Assembly (NCBI GenBank): GCA_030324005.1
Contig: JARDVH010000110.1
Coordinates: forward strand, 22,641,475-22,705,474
Length of the DNA stretch: 64,000 bases
Direction of reading: 5' to 3'
Origin: Negaprion brevirostris
Lineage: Eukaryota
Shown here in pieces: positions 1 to 11,825 of the stretch (position 1 is its first letter; each line of letters starts with the position of its first letter). The notes beneath the pieces are model-generated. The model was given only the letters and a program-made list of their open reading frames with translations, was not told the DNA's origin and made no database searches. The position numbers were made by a program, and so were the translations under genes.

Positions 1-78
1 CCCCCCCCCCCCCCCCGCTAATGTCTGCCAGCCCGCTGCACTTCTCAAGCAGCGCAGCTGGCCCGGAGAATCACCCCC
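1..78. mobile_element. Right end of Harbinger-type MITE (truncated by window)
   Basis: Ends in ggagaatcacccc, matching the TIR ggagaatcgcaccc at 23788-23801. Confidence 0.55.
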
Positions 79-890
79 TTACTATTTCAGCTCAGTGATC
101 TTCCATCTCAACTGTTTTCATATTAGATTTCCAGCATTCACAGTATTTTACTTCTGGCTCATGACCATTGCTGTATTGTTTGCATGTGATATAATAAATG
201 AATGTGTGTTTTCCTAGTTCTATCCATTGTGATGGTGATCCTGTTGAAATGTCCACCTGGCAAATTTTACTGGGATACCATTAATAACACGTAGAATCTC
301 CAAAGCTCTCTTTGGAGTAGGGCTCTGTCTCAAATAATTCTGATGTGAATCCTTTTGTTCAAAAAATTGGCAGTTTTTCTGTGCGAGTCCTATATATAGC
401 AGCCAAGCAAATGCTTTGAACTAATGGTCCTAAATAAAGAATACATTACTGTTCCAAACATTGTGGGAAGACAGAACAATGCACAAACCTTCATCTATTA
501 TAGACGTAAATTAATATTTGTACGTTTAGATACATCCACTTTACAACAGCAATTTACATTTTTACACCACTTCCTGTGCGTAAACATGTAAAGTATTTCA
601 ACAAGAATCAGGGCAATAGAATGGATACCAAACAGATGAAGGTTCAAATGGAAAAGAGAGGTTTGTGGAAACAAAGCATTGCAAATGAGAAGGATCTTTT
701 TCTTTAAACCAATCAGGGAGCAAACAGATAGAGTTGATGAAGAAAGGAGTGATGGAGGAAGTGTCAAAGCAGCTGAAGGAACAAGTACTGATGTAGCATT
801 GCACTTTCTCACCACCATCTCCACCATTTTGTAGTGCTCAATTTCCTGATCATCTGAAACTCTAGGCATGGTGGCACAGTGGTTAGCATT

Positions 891-1212
891 GAATCATAGA
901 AACCCTACAGTGCAGAAAGAGTCTGCATCGACCACAATCCCACCCAGGCCCTACCCCCATATCTCTACACATTTACCCACTAATCCCTCCAAGTTACACA
1001 TCTCAGGACACTAAGGGACAATTTTTGCATGGTCAATCAACCCAACCTGCACATTTTGGACTGTGGGAGGAAACCGGAGCACCGGGAGGAAACCCACGCA
1101 GCCATGAGAAGAATGTGCAAACTCCATACAGACAGTGACCCAAGCCAGGAACTGAACTTGGGTTCCTAGAATGGTGAAGCAGCAGTGCTAACCACTATGC
1201 TACTGTGCCACC
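891..1212 (-). mobile_element. HE1/V-SINE-like tRNA SINE, type A (CR1-like tail)
   Basis: Reverse strand has the tRNA-like head ggtggcacagtagcatagtggttagcactgctg, the shared core and the tail ctgcactgtagggtttctatgattc. Confidence 0.9.
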
Positions 1213-1339
1213 TTTTTTTAAAATCCCACAGTACTCTTTGGTAGAATAGCAGAGGAGTTATTCCCATAGAGAGATACCCTATAGACATGTGAGGAAGATG
1301 AAGTTAAAGTCATTTTAGAAGCAGTGGCAGTTAGATGAG

Positions 1340-1969
1340 GAACATAAATGCTTCAATTGGCCTCTTGGCGCATTGCTTGCCTCCGGTTAAGTCCAGGGTA
1401 GGAAAGGCTTGCTGGCAGCCTTGACTGTCTGGCTGCCATTTAAGGCCCTTCAGTCCCTCATTCTGTCACTGCTATTATTCAAACAATTTAAGCAGGGAAT
1501 TCACCAGGAGCCTTAACATATTTTCCTAAGATCTTTTTTGCGGGATGCGGTCCTTCATTCACAGGCACTCAGGTCAAGGGGCCCAGCATTAATCGGGAAG
1601 AGGGAGGGCCCATAGGAAGGCAACACCAGCCTTTGCTGTCAATCTCCCTTGCCCAACCTCTCCCTGGGGACCTCTTCTCACCCTATTTACTTGACTTCAT
1701 AGAATCCATTAACAATCCTTTCATAAGATCATCCTCTTCATAAGATCAGCAGTGGTCACCGTCCCAGCCTCTGATTGTCCACCAGATCACAGGGGCAGGA
1801 TATTCTGCAAATGCAATGATTAAATATCCTTAGGGAGCTGGGAGTCTTTGCAGCAGTGCTCCCATTGTCAATTATTCATTTGGGACTCCCAGAAGTCGGG
1901 TTGGAGGGGCTTGCCACTAGATTTAACTGTGGATGGAGGACCTCTCACCTACCACATTAATTTCCGCCC
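1340..1969. mobile_element. Degraded GC-rich MITE-like repeat
   Basis: Ends cattaatttccgccc, the reverse complement of the start at 47227 (gtggaatttaatg); left boundary uncertain. Confidence 0.35.
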
Positions 1970-2166
1970 CATGTTTGAGTCAATGCCAAGACGGCAATAC
2001 TGCACAATCATCCACAATGAGCTTATGTGTATTAAAAGGTCTTGTTTTTTGTATTTGATTTGATTTNNNNNNNNNNNNNNNNNNNNNNNNNNNNNNNNNN
2101 NNNNNNNNNNNNNNNNNNNNNNNNNNNNNNNNNNNNNNNNNNNNNNNNNNNNNNNNNNNNNNNNNN

Positions 2167-2242
2167 ATCTTATTGAATGGCGGGGCAGGCTCGAGGGGCT
2201 AGATGGCCTACTCCTGCTCCTATTTCTTATGTTCTTATGTTC
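2167..2242 (+). mobile_element. CR1 LINE 3' end
   Basis: attgaatggcggggcaggctcgaggggc...cctactcctgctcct with a (tcttatgt)n tail; near-identical to 7472-7541 and 20264-20330. Confidence 0.85.
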
Positions 2243-2271
2243 AATCAACCTAACCCGCACATCTTTGGACT

Positions 2272-2540
2272 GCTGCCTAAGAGCACCAGAGACCTGGGTT
2301 CGATTCCCAGCTTGTGTCACTGGGTGGAATCTGCACGTTCTCTCTGTGTCTGCGTGGGTTTCCTCTGGATGCTCCAGTTTCTTCTCACGGTCTGAATGAT
2401 ATGCTAGTTTGGTGCATTGGCCATGCTAAATGCTCCCTCAGTGTATCCAAACAGGTGCCAGAGTGTGGCAACTAGGGCATTTTCACAGTAACTTCATTGC
2501 AGTATTAATGTAAGCCTTCTTGTGACACTAATAAGTAAAC
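2272..2540 (+). mobile_element. tRNA SINE, type B (HE1-like head/core, different tail)
   Basis: B-box gggttcgattccc; tail ttttcacagtaacttcattgcagt...gtgacactaataa. Confidence 0.9.
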
Positions 2541-3411
2541 TCTGTGGTAGTGATAACGTCATTATGGAACCCTTTCCCCATATCTGGGTCTTCTTGTGGA
2601 CATTATGAGCACGCTCTTCTATAAGGACAATAGAGAGTGATATATGGCGTTGCTGTCTTCTCAGGCTAGCTGCTCCTATTTGCTTGATTCAGTGTCGGCA
2701 GATCTTCCGTTTTGATTCTGAGCCATTCTGAAGGGTCAATAATGGACACACACTTTTCCCATGCTCAGCTGCAGCAAATGTCCTCAGGCTCAAGTTGTGT
2801 GTAACTGTAGGCCTTGGAGGCCTGTCCTACTTGTTGGGGATAGCATTCACCTTGTCAGGTCATTGAACCTTTTTCCATACTGCACCCAGTTTCTGCTAAT
2901 CACCTTCTTGTTGACTGTACGTATACCTGTATGTATTATGTATTACTATGTATATGTTATGTATTATTATGGATATATTACTGTGTATACCCCTACCCAG
3001 ACCTGCATCGTCTGAGTGGGTGGCTTCCTCCTGCCATTCTCTGGGAAATCAAGGCATTCCCTTCTCTCCCTCTTGGCCTTGAGGAGCATCTCCATTCTCC
3101 ATCCACAAATCAAGGGGCTGTTCTGCCCTGGAGTCCAGGCCTTTGCCTTTCTTGAGACATCTTCCAAACAAAAATTAAGGCATGAAATGGCAGCCCTGAT
3201 GAGTTTAAATCAGGCCCACACTTGAACTGTCCCACCTCTGTTCCTGTCCCCATCATTAAAGCCCACCAATCAGGGGATGCTTCATCAAAATTAGAATAGT
3301 GACCATTGCCTTGGGCAATGTGTTCAGGAGTGGAAACAGTCCTGACTTCTGTTTAACACCCAAATAGTTTAAAGCTTTCCATTGCTAGGATTAACTCAGA
3401 AGCTGCTTCAC

Positions 3412-3686
3412 ATTTATTTATTAGTGTCCCAAGTAGATTAGCACTGCAATGAAGTCACTGAGAAAACCCCCTAGTTGCCACACTCCAGCGCCTGTACACT
3501 GAGGGAGAATGCAGCATAGCCAATGCACCTGACCAGCACGTCTTTCGGACTGTGGGGGAAAATCCAAGCACCGGAGGACACAGAGAGAACATGCAGACTC
3601 TGCACAGACAGTGACCCAACTGGGAATTGAACCTGGGTCCCTGGCACAATGAGGCAGCAGTGTTAACCATTGTGCCACCATGCCGC
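3412..3686 (-). mobile_element. tRNA SINE, type B
   Basis: Full reverse-complement copy of the type B head and tail. Confidence 0.9.
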
Positions 3687-4899
3687 ATGTAGCCTAGAAG
3701 AGGAGAGCAGGAAGAGCTTAGGAGAATGTGCTCGGTTCCCTTACCATTAGCCTGGTGAATATTAAGGCTCATCTAGACAGTTGGAGAAAAAATTAACAAC
3801 ATGGTCCATTGAGGGAGTTGCAAAGATGGAACTGTGCACTATCTTCATATTCCTGTAGGATGCCACTGAGCAATATCATTTAAATGATGAAGTGGCAGAG
3901 GCCACCAGATGTTACATACAGGCAGGGGAGGAGAAACCATTGAAGGTGATGTGTCCGCAATTACTTTTACAATATATTTTCAATGTCATAACCACTGAGA
4001 GGCCAAAAATCATTTGTTTGTGTCATATTGGAGGTTATTCTGAAATTTAATGTTTATTTAATTTCAGCACAGAAATAAACTTCTGATTACTTAATTAAAC
4101 TCTATTAATTATTGTACATCTATTTTTGGCAAAGTCTTAGGGGAAAATCAGATGAAAAACCTTGCCCAGGGCCAAGAAGGATTACATCCTTAGAAAGACA
4201 AATGATTTGTTGTGTTTCATACCAGAAAGTGATTTAGTACTCAAAGAAAAAATAAAAGGGTCAAGTAAATGTCCTTTCTCGAGGTCTACATTAATGAGCA
4301 CCAATGTCCTGTGCCAATGTCATTTATTGTTTTGAAATGGTAGGGCTTTATTTAGTATGCTACAGAGCTAAAATTAATTTAGTGAACTGGAAATTGAGTT
4401 AGAGAATGATGGAGCAGACACTTAAATTTGTTTTTGAAGAACATTAATTATACATATCCAGTTGATCTTGCAGAACATTCGTAATTATACTTAAATGACC
4501 TTTGTTCAACTGACAGTCTTTTTTGCATTTATGATTATGTGATAGCAGTACGTGGAGATTTTATCATGTCTTTGTGGCTTAGATTTCCAGAACTTATGGA
4601 GCAGTCACTGTTACATGAAGAATTCTTGCCATCTATTTATATTAAAGTACCTGCCAATTTGTGATAATTTTGTAATGATTCAAAATGTAGAGACAGGTCA
4701 ATTATTCAATGTGGATTTATAATTTGATTATGAAACCAGAACAATCTTTGTTTCTGAACAATTAACTAAAATGAATATTGAAAGATATAACAGCATGTAA
4801 ACCATACCTATACCTTCACTTATGGCTGACCCACCAACTGTTTCTATTTTTCAATCGACATTTTCTTCTGTGTTGTGTTCATCTCACTATTAAATCTTC

Positions 4900-5335
4900 A
4901 GAACATAAGACCATTGAGGTAAGGCCAAGTCCCAATGCTCTCACTCAATCCAGATTATTGTGCCATAGACATTTCCTCTCCCAAGCAGCGACTTGATGTT
5001 CTACTTTAAGTAACACAAAGGTAATTTCCCTATCTTTCTCTAAAAGTACATGCACAGCGGTTAATATCTCTAATCCTTAATTCACATCCTCAATAGATAT
5101 TGATCTAACTTCCAACCACAACCCCTCTCTGTGGGAGTACCTTATGGGAAAATCAATTTTTCTAATCTCTAACCGTGTTTGAGGCTTGTGAAACTTGTGC
5201 TTTTCTCCTCCAGTCCTGTTCTCATCGCTCATGTTAAACTGCTTATTTACTTCATGATCCTTACCTTGCATTATTTCAAACATCATTATCATGTCTTCCT
5301 ATAGGCGTATTTTTTTCTTTGAAAATAAAGTTGCT
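4900..5335 (-). mobile_element. Old CR1 LINE 3' fragment
   Basis: ORF 5077..5292 (MFEIMQGKD...ENRTGGEKHKFHKPQTRLEIRKIDF) matches the CR1 ORF2 C-terminal pattern FKIMKG.D...RTRGH..KL.K...RL..RK.FF. Confidence 0.65.
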
Positions 5336-5873
5336 TGGTGGAATGTCCACTGATCCATGACTCTGATGAGGGTGACTTCCAGCTGTTATAAGAATAAATT
5401 GCTGATCCTCTGGGGTGCCAATGATATTAATGCTGGGAATGGCCAGAGAATGGCTGTGGTATATCTCTGAGGTTTGTTGCACAATTGCACAATCAACATC
5501 CCCAATTCTGCCAGATGAAGAACAACATTGTCAATCGACAAAAAAAATTACAAATTTAGCCCATTTAAATGTTAACAGTCCCATTGCAACATCAAGGTAA
5601 AATGGGAATCCATTTTATCCAATGCTGCAAATGTCATGTCACATATTTGCATGTGATTTACATAATCTGTCACCAGGTACAAATATTCTTATCCCATGGT
5701 GGGAAATCTCATAATGCAGAGACAAGCAGAGAGCTGACAGAGAGCCCATTCTCCAAAACAACTCCAGGACAGTGGCTAGGTATTATGTTTGCTAGATTAT
5801 TTCAGTGACTGATTCACATTTTGCACTTATTTAAAAATAATTCCGTTCACCGCATGCCAATAGATCATATATT

Positions 5874-5943
5874 AACAGAAAATGCTGGAAAAACTCAATA
5901 GGTCTGGCAGCATCTGTAGAGAGAGAAACTATAGTTTTGAGCC
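5874..5943 (-). mobile_element. PLE-type terminal repeat fragment (family 2)
   Basis: aacagaaaatgctggaaaaactc..aggtctggcagcatctg, also at 21922, 34053, 55395 and 59972. Confidence 0.6.
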
Positions 5944-6240
5944 TGTGTGATGCCTAATAGATGTGGCAATCATCCTGATCATTTGAAGTATCAATGGCAG
6001 AAACTGCAATCACTTGAAGCCTCTTTATCATGTTTCAATAAACATTGTGCTCAGTTGCACAGAGCTGTGGATCAAGCAATATTTTCCCACTGGCACAGCT
6101 GTTTCAACATTCTAAATAGATGTCTGCAGTCTCGATCACTTGGCTTTAAAGAAGTGGAAAATTATGAATGAACCAATGACTTTTAAACTTTTAATTTACC
6201 ACAACCTACTGCAACGATAGGGGCACTGGGTTATACACAG

Positions 6241-6731
6241 AGCAGAATTTTACTTAGTGTCTAACTAGCGTGAAAACAGGAGAGTTCCTGATCCCTTTTG
6301 TGGGGGAGTTTTCACTCTCAATCTTCGGGACTTAGAAATTGAAAAAATGGTCTAGACTACAAGCAGTGGGTTGGGTTTAATTTACTAGCCAGTCTGCAGA
6401 GGGAGCTATTGCGCATGTGCAGACCCCTGATTCTGCAAATGCACAAAAGCAGCACCAGTTGTCTGATAGACAGAGAGAGCTGTCAGGCCCCTGCTACTGC
6501 AAGCAGCCTCAACAAGCTGGCCCAACTCCAAAAGAGTTGTGGGAGGCCTGGGCATGCCATTTACACAATGGAGCCACCAGATCTGGAGAGCACATATGTG
6601 CTCTTGTTGCATAACAGCCTTAATATGCACTGGTGAAAACCTTGGGAATGGTGTAGGAATCCCAGAATCCGGTCCTGGCTGTCATTTTCATACCGACGTA
6701 GAATCTCCCTGACTCCATGAAAATCCAGCCC
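6241..6731. mobile_element. Harbinger-type MITE
   Basis: Imperfect TIRs agcagaatttta...tgaaaatccagccc; internal gcgcatgtgcag motif shared with other MITEs here. Confidence 0.5.
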
Positions 6732-6850
6732 ATTGTGTGGCAGCTGATGGAACCTTCAAAATATTCAATGAGGACAAGATTGAAGAGATGAAGAAGCATT
6801 ATGCAAAGTTAGGGAATCAAAATAAAGATAATCCAGCGCCAAAGACCAAT

Positions 6851-7543
6851 TGTATAGGGCACTGGTGAGGCCGCAGCTGGAGTACTGTGTGCAGTTTTGG
6901 TCGCCGCACTTACGCAAGGATATTTTGNNNNNNNNNNNNNNNNNNNNNNNNNNNNNNNNNNNNNNNNNNNNNNNNNNNNNNNNNNNNNNNNNNNNNNNNN
7001 NNNNNNNNNNNNNNNNNNNNNNNNNNNNNNNNNNNNNNNNNNNNNNNNNNNNNNNNNNNNNNNNNNNNNNNNNNNNNNNNNNNNNNNNNNNNNNNNNNNN
7101 NNNNNNNNNNNNNNNNNNNNNNNNNNNNNNNNNNNNNNNNNNNNNNNNNNNNNNNNNNNNNNNNNNNNNNNNNNNNNNNNNNNNNNNNNNNNNNNNNNNN
7201 NNNNNNNNNNNNNNNNNNNNNNNNNNNNNNNNNNNNNNNNNNNNNNNNNNNNNNNNNNNNNNNNNNNNNNNNNNNNNNNNNNNNNNNNNNNNNNNNNNNN
7301 NNNNNNNNNNNNNNNNNNNNNNNNNNNNNNNNNNNNNNNNNNNNNNNNNNNNNNNNNNNNNNNNNNNNNNNNNNNNNNNNNNNNNNNNNNNNNNNNNNNN
7401 NNNNNNNNNNNNNNNNNNNNNNNNNNNNNNNNNNNNNNNNNNNNNNNNNNNNNNNNNNNNNNNNNNNNNNNTTATTGAATGGCGGGGCAGGCTCGAAGGG
7501 CTGGATGGCCTACTCCTGCTCCTATTTCTTATGTTCTTATGTA
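6851..7543 (+). mobile_element. CR1 LINE 3' fragment (mostly N gap)
   Basis: [25 protein letters not shown] is the canonical CR1 ORF2 motif; CR1 3' tail follows the gap. Confidence 0.9.
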
Positions 7544-7699
7544 AGATAGTTGGAAATATAGTGGAAAAATGGAAAAAAAAGCCTGACTGTTTGTATCATA
7601 GTGCTAATTGTTCCAAATTGTTACATGATGACTTATGACTTATGTGCGGTAAGCCTCAATAACCAGGTAGAAAATCTATGGGTCATATTTCACAGAGGC

Positions 7700-7829
7700 A
7701 AAAGCTTTGACAGAGGCAACTCGAAACATCAGCTCTTTTCTCTCTTTACAGATGCTGTCAGACCTGTTGAGAGTTTCCAGCATTTTTTCTTTTGGTTTCA
7801 GATTCCAGCATCCCCAGTAATTTGCTTTT
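7700..7829 (+). mobile_element. PLE-type terminal repeat (family 2) with degenerate hammerhead
   Basis: agct-TTGACA-gag gcaa ctc-GAAA-ca-TC-agct, then cagatgctgtcagacctg...cagcatccccagtaatttgctttt. Confidence 0.6.
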
Positions 7830-8190
7830 AACTTGTTAATCTGTTTAGTTTTGTCAACTGAGGGCGTAATGTTGACCAAGCGTGCCTAGTTAGGCTTCAA
7901 ATAGCCACATAGGATTTTATGCCCACTTGCTTGGCATATGAAGTCATGTAAAAGACTAATACTGCTATGTAAATGTCACTTCTACTGATTCTTGTTTTTG
8001 TCATAACTATTAAACTATTGGGATTATGGTAAGGCTTCAAAGGGAGGCAAAATATGTGCTCACACAGTTTAGCTTGTAAAACTACAGCAAGAAACTCTTG
8101 CTGGAATAAAGGATAATATGGAAGATGTACACAGTTCTATGATCAAAACTTTACATTATTGTGTGAATTTCAAGGGCACATTGATAGATT

Positions 8191-8960
8191 TGTGATGCTG
8201 CTAAGTACTCACACAACTACTCGAGGAGGAAGTGAATGATTCCCCTCTTTGGCCTCTCCTCAGCAAGATTTTCTGTTTGACAACAAGATGCTCCTGAATT
8301 CAATGAGTGCTTAACTGTTTGCATGTTGTGATCACAAAAGAACAATAAAAAGGACAGGTTTAACAAAGTTTCACAACAAAGTAAGATGTTAGCTTTATTA
8401 TACTTAAACCAATAGAAGTAAAATAATCAAATGTGCACCGATTTCCTCACACACATTCCCATACACACACATGATGTTCACATACACACAAACACAGGGC
8501 AGAATTTTCCCGTCCGACCCGCCACAGGAATGGCAGTGGGTGGGACATGGACCATGCAAAGGTCCATTTACCTCGGGTGGGATTTCCCGGTTTTGGGGTG
8601 AGCGCAGCCGGAAAATCCCACCTACAGATTACAGAGTGGGGAAGGATAGATTGACCAAAAAGTCCATAAAAAAGTAAAAGAAGCCTGCAATTCAGTGACT
8701 CAGCTGTCTTCAGACAAATTTGATGATCTTGTGTTTTGTGATTTAATGATTCAGATAACTGAGTTGTTGCTCTTTGAGAGAGGGTAGTGCTGGATTGGAT
8801 TCTTCTTAGGAATCACTGTCTGCAGCAGGGTGTCCCTCATTGGTCACAGTCAGAAAACAGGGTTTGAGTCATTTCAAGTGGGTTGGGTAAAGGATTAAGC
8901 AGGAAATATTCCTCTTAGGCCTTCTCCCTAAGATGTTTATCCTCAGTTCTGCTGGAAAAT
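8191..8960 (-). mobile_element. Probable LTR remnant (interrupted by a MITE)
   Basis: Starts TGTGAT with an internal tttatt (reverse-strand polyA signal); right boundary uncertain. Confidence 0.3.
8497..8623. mobile_element. Short Harbinger-type MITE
   Basis: 14-bp imperfect TIR gggcagaattttcc / ggaaaatcccacct; 3-bp TSD ACA on both sides. Confidence 0.75.
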
Positions 8961-9020
8961 CAATGTTTAAAATATACAAAGAGTTGGCCCGTCTTCAATG
9001 GGGAATTATAAAAGGACATT

Positions 9021-9230
9021 GGATGAAATTTTTCAGCCCCACCGGCCAGCAGGATCTTCTGATCCCGTCAATGGTAAACCCTCAAGGCACATTCCCTGGC
9101 CCCTGAGTGTGTGCAGCATGCTAAATTCTGTAGACATCAACTGGACTGGAAGATCCCACTGCCAGCCAATGGTGGACCACCTTTGTCACTGGAAAAAATG
9201 CTGTAGGGGGAGGGAGAAGAAAACCCTCCC
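9021..9230. mobile_element. Harbinger-type MITE (medium family)
   Basis: Starts ggatgaaattttt; internal ggaagatccc...ccaatgg shared with 9399, 34712 and 52961. Confidence 0.55.
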
Positions 9231-9398
9231 AATATTCCTATTTTGCAAAGGTGATTTGATTAGCTCACACCAAGAAGCTAACTTAGCTAGGATTACATTG
9301 TCCAAACAATCTCCAACAGTTGACTTAAGTGACTGCCATAAACATCTCATTACTGAGACAGGAGATGTGAGTCCTTCACATTCCACTGAAGTCATATG

Positions 9399-9553
9399 TG
9401 GCTGGAACTTCCGCTGTGGTGGAATCTTCCGTTCCAACCGACAGCAAACCCCCACCGTGGGTTTCCAAGGTGAAGGTGCATTCAACGGGAAATGTTGTTG
9501 ACAATGGCTGCACCAGAAGATCCCGCCACTGGCTAATGGCAGTCCATCACCCA
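9399..9553. mobile_element. Harbinger-type MITE (medium family, partial)
   Basis: Similar to 9021-9230 in the same orientation. Confidence 0.5.
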
Positions 9554-9585
9554 CTGATGGGTTCTGCTCAGTAAATCCCAATCAT

Positions 9586-10731
9586 GGCAGGCGATCTTAA
9601 GCCCCACTTGCCATTTGCGAGAATGGTGGCAGGGGGTCAAGATTCAGCGAAACCTGGAAGTTGTGAATATTGCCAGTGATATAATCAGGTTTGTGCCCAC
9701 ACTGGGTGCGAACCTGGCTTTTTAAATATATTTCAAAACATTTACATATTATTGAAGACCTCCCTCGCCATAGGTTGAGCCCGAGGTATTGTCGGCGCAC
9801 TTTACAACAGGTTCACCAAGATGTAAGAATGTCATGTGGATCTCCTCCAGGGTGTGAAGATGAGTAAAGCCCCCCCATGGGAGAGAAATATGGCCAGGCA
9901 GAGGCTTGGTAATTCCTCCTGGCACTGCCTTTGACACAGGTTGGCATGGCCAGTTTGGTACCATGCCAATGCCAACCTGGCAGTGCCAACCTGTACAAGG
10001 ACACCACCAGGGCAGGGCCCAATGGGAGCCTCATGGCAGGGGCATTGAAGTTCAACTCTTTGTGGTGATGGGGGGAGCAGATGTGGGTCCTGAGAATGCC
10101 AACGATAGCTATTTGGGGAGGGGGGCTCTGATTGTGAAGGTGGGGGGAATGAAGTCTGATGTTTAGGAGAAAAGGGGGATATTCCAGCATTGACTGTGTG
10201 AATAGGGTTTTGGAGGGGGGGGGTGGTCTGACATTCAGAGGGAAGAGCAGGTGTTGAATGCCGGCCCTGATTGAGGGGGGGAGGGGTGGCGGGATTGGTA
10301 GAGGGGATCTCAAAGAACAAAGAAAGTTATGTCAGAGGAACAGGCCCTTCAGCCCTCCAAGCCTGCACCAACCATGCTGCCCAGCTGAACTAAAGCCCCT
10401 TACCCTTCTGGGGACCATATCCCTCTATTCCCATCCTATTCATGAAAGAACAAGGCCCTGACACCTCAGTGGTGGGCTCAGGGCAGGAGGTTATTTTTTG
10501 GTCTCATCAGGGTGCCATGTTTAAAGGGTGTTCCGAAATCAGTGTAGCCAGGCATTGCAGGTGAGTTAAAGTCCCTCCCTTCTATATCATGGTGTGAAAC
10601 ATGCATACCTGTTTTTTGGTGACAACGTGTGGAAAGATCATAAAAGAAAACTGACATGCTTTTCGGGAGAGAACCACACCATATTTCTTGCCAGAACCAA
10701 CACTCTGCCATTTTTTGGTAAGATTTCATCC
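9586..10731. mobile_element. Non-autonomous Harbinger-type element
   Basis: GC-rich; ends ggcaggcgatctta...taagatttcatcc; subterminal gccagaaccaacactctgcc shared with 61707-61726. Confidence 0.55.
10311..10445 (-). mobile_element. CR1 LINE 3' tail inserted in a MITE
   Basis: (aaagaac)n tail plus ggaacaggcccttcagccctccaagcctg. Confidence 0.7.
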
Positions 10732-10761
10732 ATAATCTTTGATGGGTTTTCCAGACAGAAT

Positions 10762-10885
10762 GGCCAGAATTTTACAGCCCTGCCTGGCACAGAATCAGAG
10801 AGGGAGAAGGACAGACAATCGAAATGTCTGTTGATCTCGGATGGAATTTGACGGTTTCGGGATGAGCAAGGCTGTAAAATCACAC
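10762..10885. mobile_element. Short Harbinger-type MITE
   Basis: TIR ggccagaattttacagcc / ggctgtaaaatcacac; homologous to 8497-8623. Confidence 0.7.
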
Positions 10886-11825
10886 TCACTGACTCCACTC
10901 TAATGAAATTGAAATGTGGAATGAGTAATAATGCAAATTTGGATTAGCCATCTTGGACTGAGAGTTTACATCACTTTAACCTGTGTTTTTAAAATATCTG
11001 ATTTTAAAATTTAAATTCCGCTTCCCTGCCATTGGATTAAAAATCATTATTTGGCAGAAAGCACAACTTAATAATGGTACAATAAATCTATATTCTGGTA
11101 AATTATTCAGTAATAAATGGTAGTATCTCTTAAACAGCAAAAAGTGGAGGGATGTAAGTTTGGCTCTGGTCGAAGCTACAAAACAGCACAGGCACACAAG
11201 CTAAATCAATATATTGAAATGTGTTTCCTCATCGTAGTCTTGTAATGAATAAAATGTTGAAAATATCTCTCTTACTGTGTAATTGCACAAATACCCCAAG
11301 GCTATGTTCTTGGGTTAGTTAAATTAGCAAGTTCTTTTTAAATAAATCAGCTAAGTTTACAGTAACAAAAACAATCACAATTGTAATTTTACTTAGTTTG
11401 TTATAAAAAGCAAATAAAAAAAGCAGAGTTCAAAATGTTAAATTAATTAGGGACTTTGTTTCTCAACCTGCCTCATCATTTTGTTGACATTTTTATTTCT
11501 TAGGTAGAAAGGTTCAGTTTGTTACATTGTTAGGAAGATCACTGGAGATTTTGTCGGTCCCATTTAAATCAGATCAAATTGATGAAGTATTCAAATAAAT
11601 GNNNNNNNNNNNNNNNNNNNNNNNNNNNNNNNNNNNNNNNNNNNNNNNNNNNNNNNNNNNNNNNNNNNNNNNNNNNNNNNNNNNNNNNNNNNNNNNNNNN
11701 NNNNNNNNNNNNNNNNNNNNNNNNNNNNNNNNNNNNNNNNNNNNNNNNNNNNNNNNNNNNNNNNNNNNNNNNNNNNNNNNNNNNNNNNNNNNNNNNNNNN
11801 NNNNNNNNNNNNNNNNNNNNNNNNN

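Noticed and set aside
498-869. 123-aa minus-strand ORF
   Set aside because: Its start lies in a SINE head and it has no recognisable motif.
2540-3290. Possible additional LTR or MITE remnants around the TATG-rich tract at 2905-2990
   Set aside because: Too degraded to assign by eye, with no second copy in the window.
6850-7638. Long ORFs dominated by X (also 11579, 29641, 36558, 39118, 43479, 53991)
   Set aside because: They are open only because N gaps contain no stop codons.
9813-10320. Pro-rich or Gly-rich 160-aa ORFs (also 43586-44223)
   Set aside because: They lie in GC-rich, stop-poor MITE interiors, overlap in several frames and show no domains.
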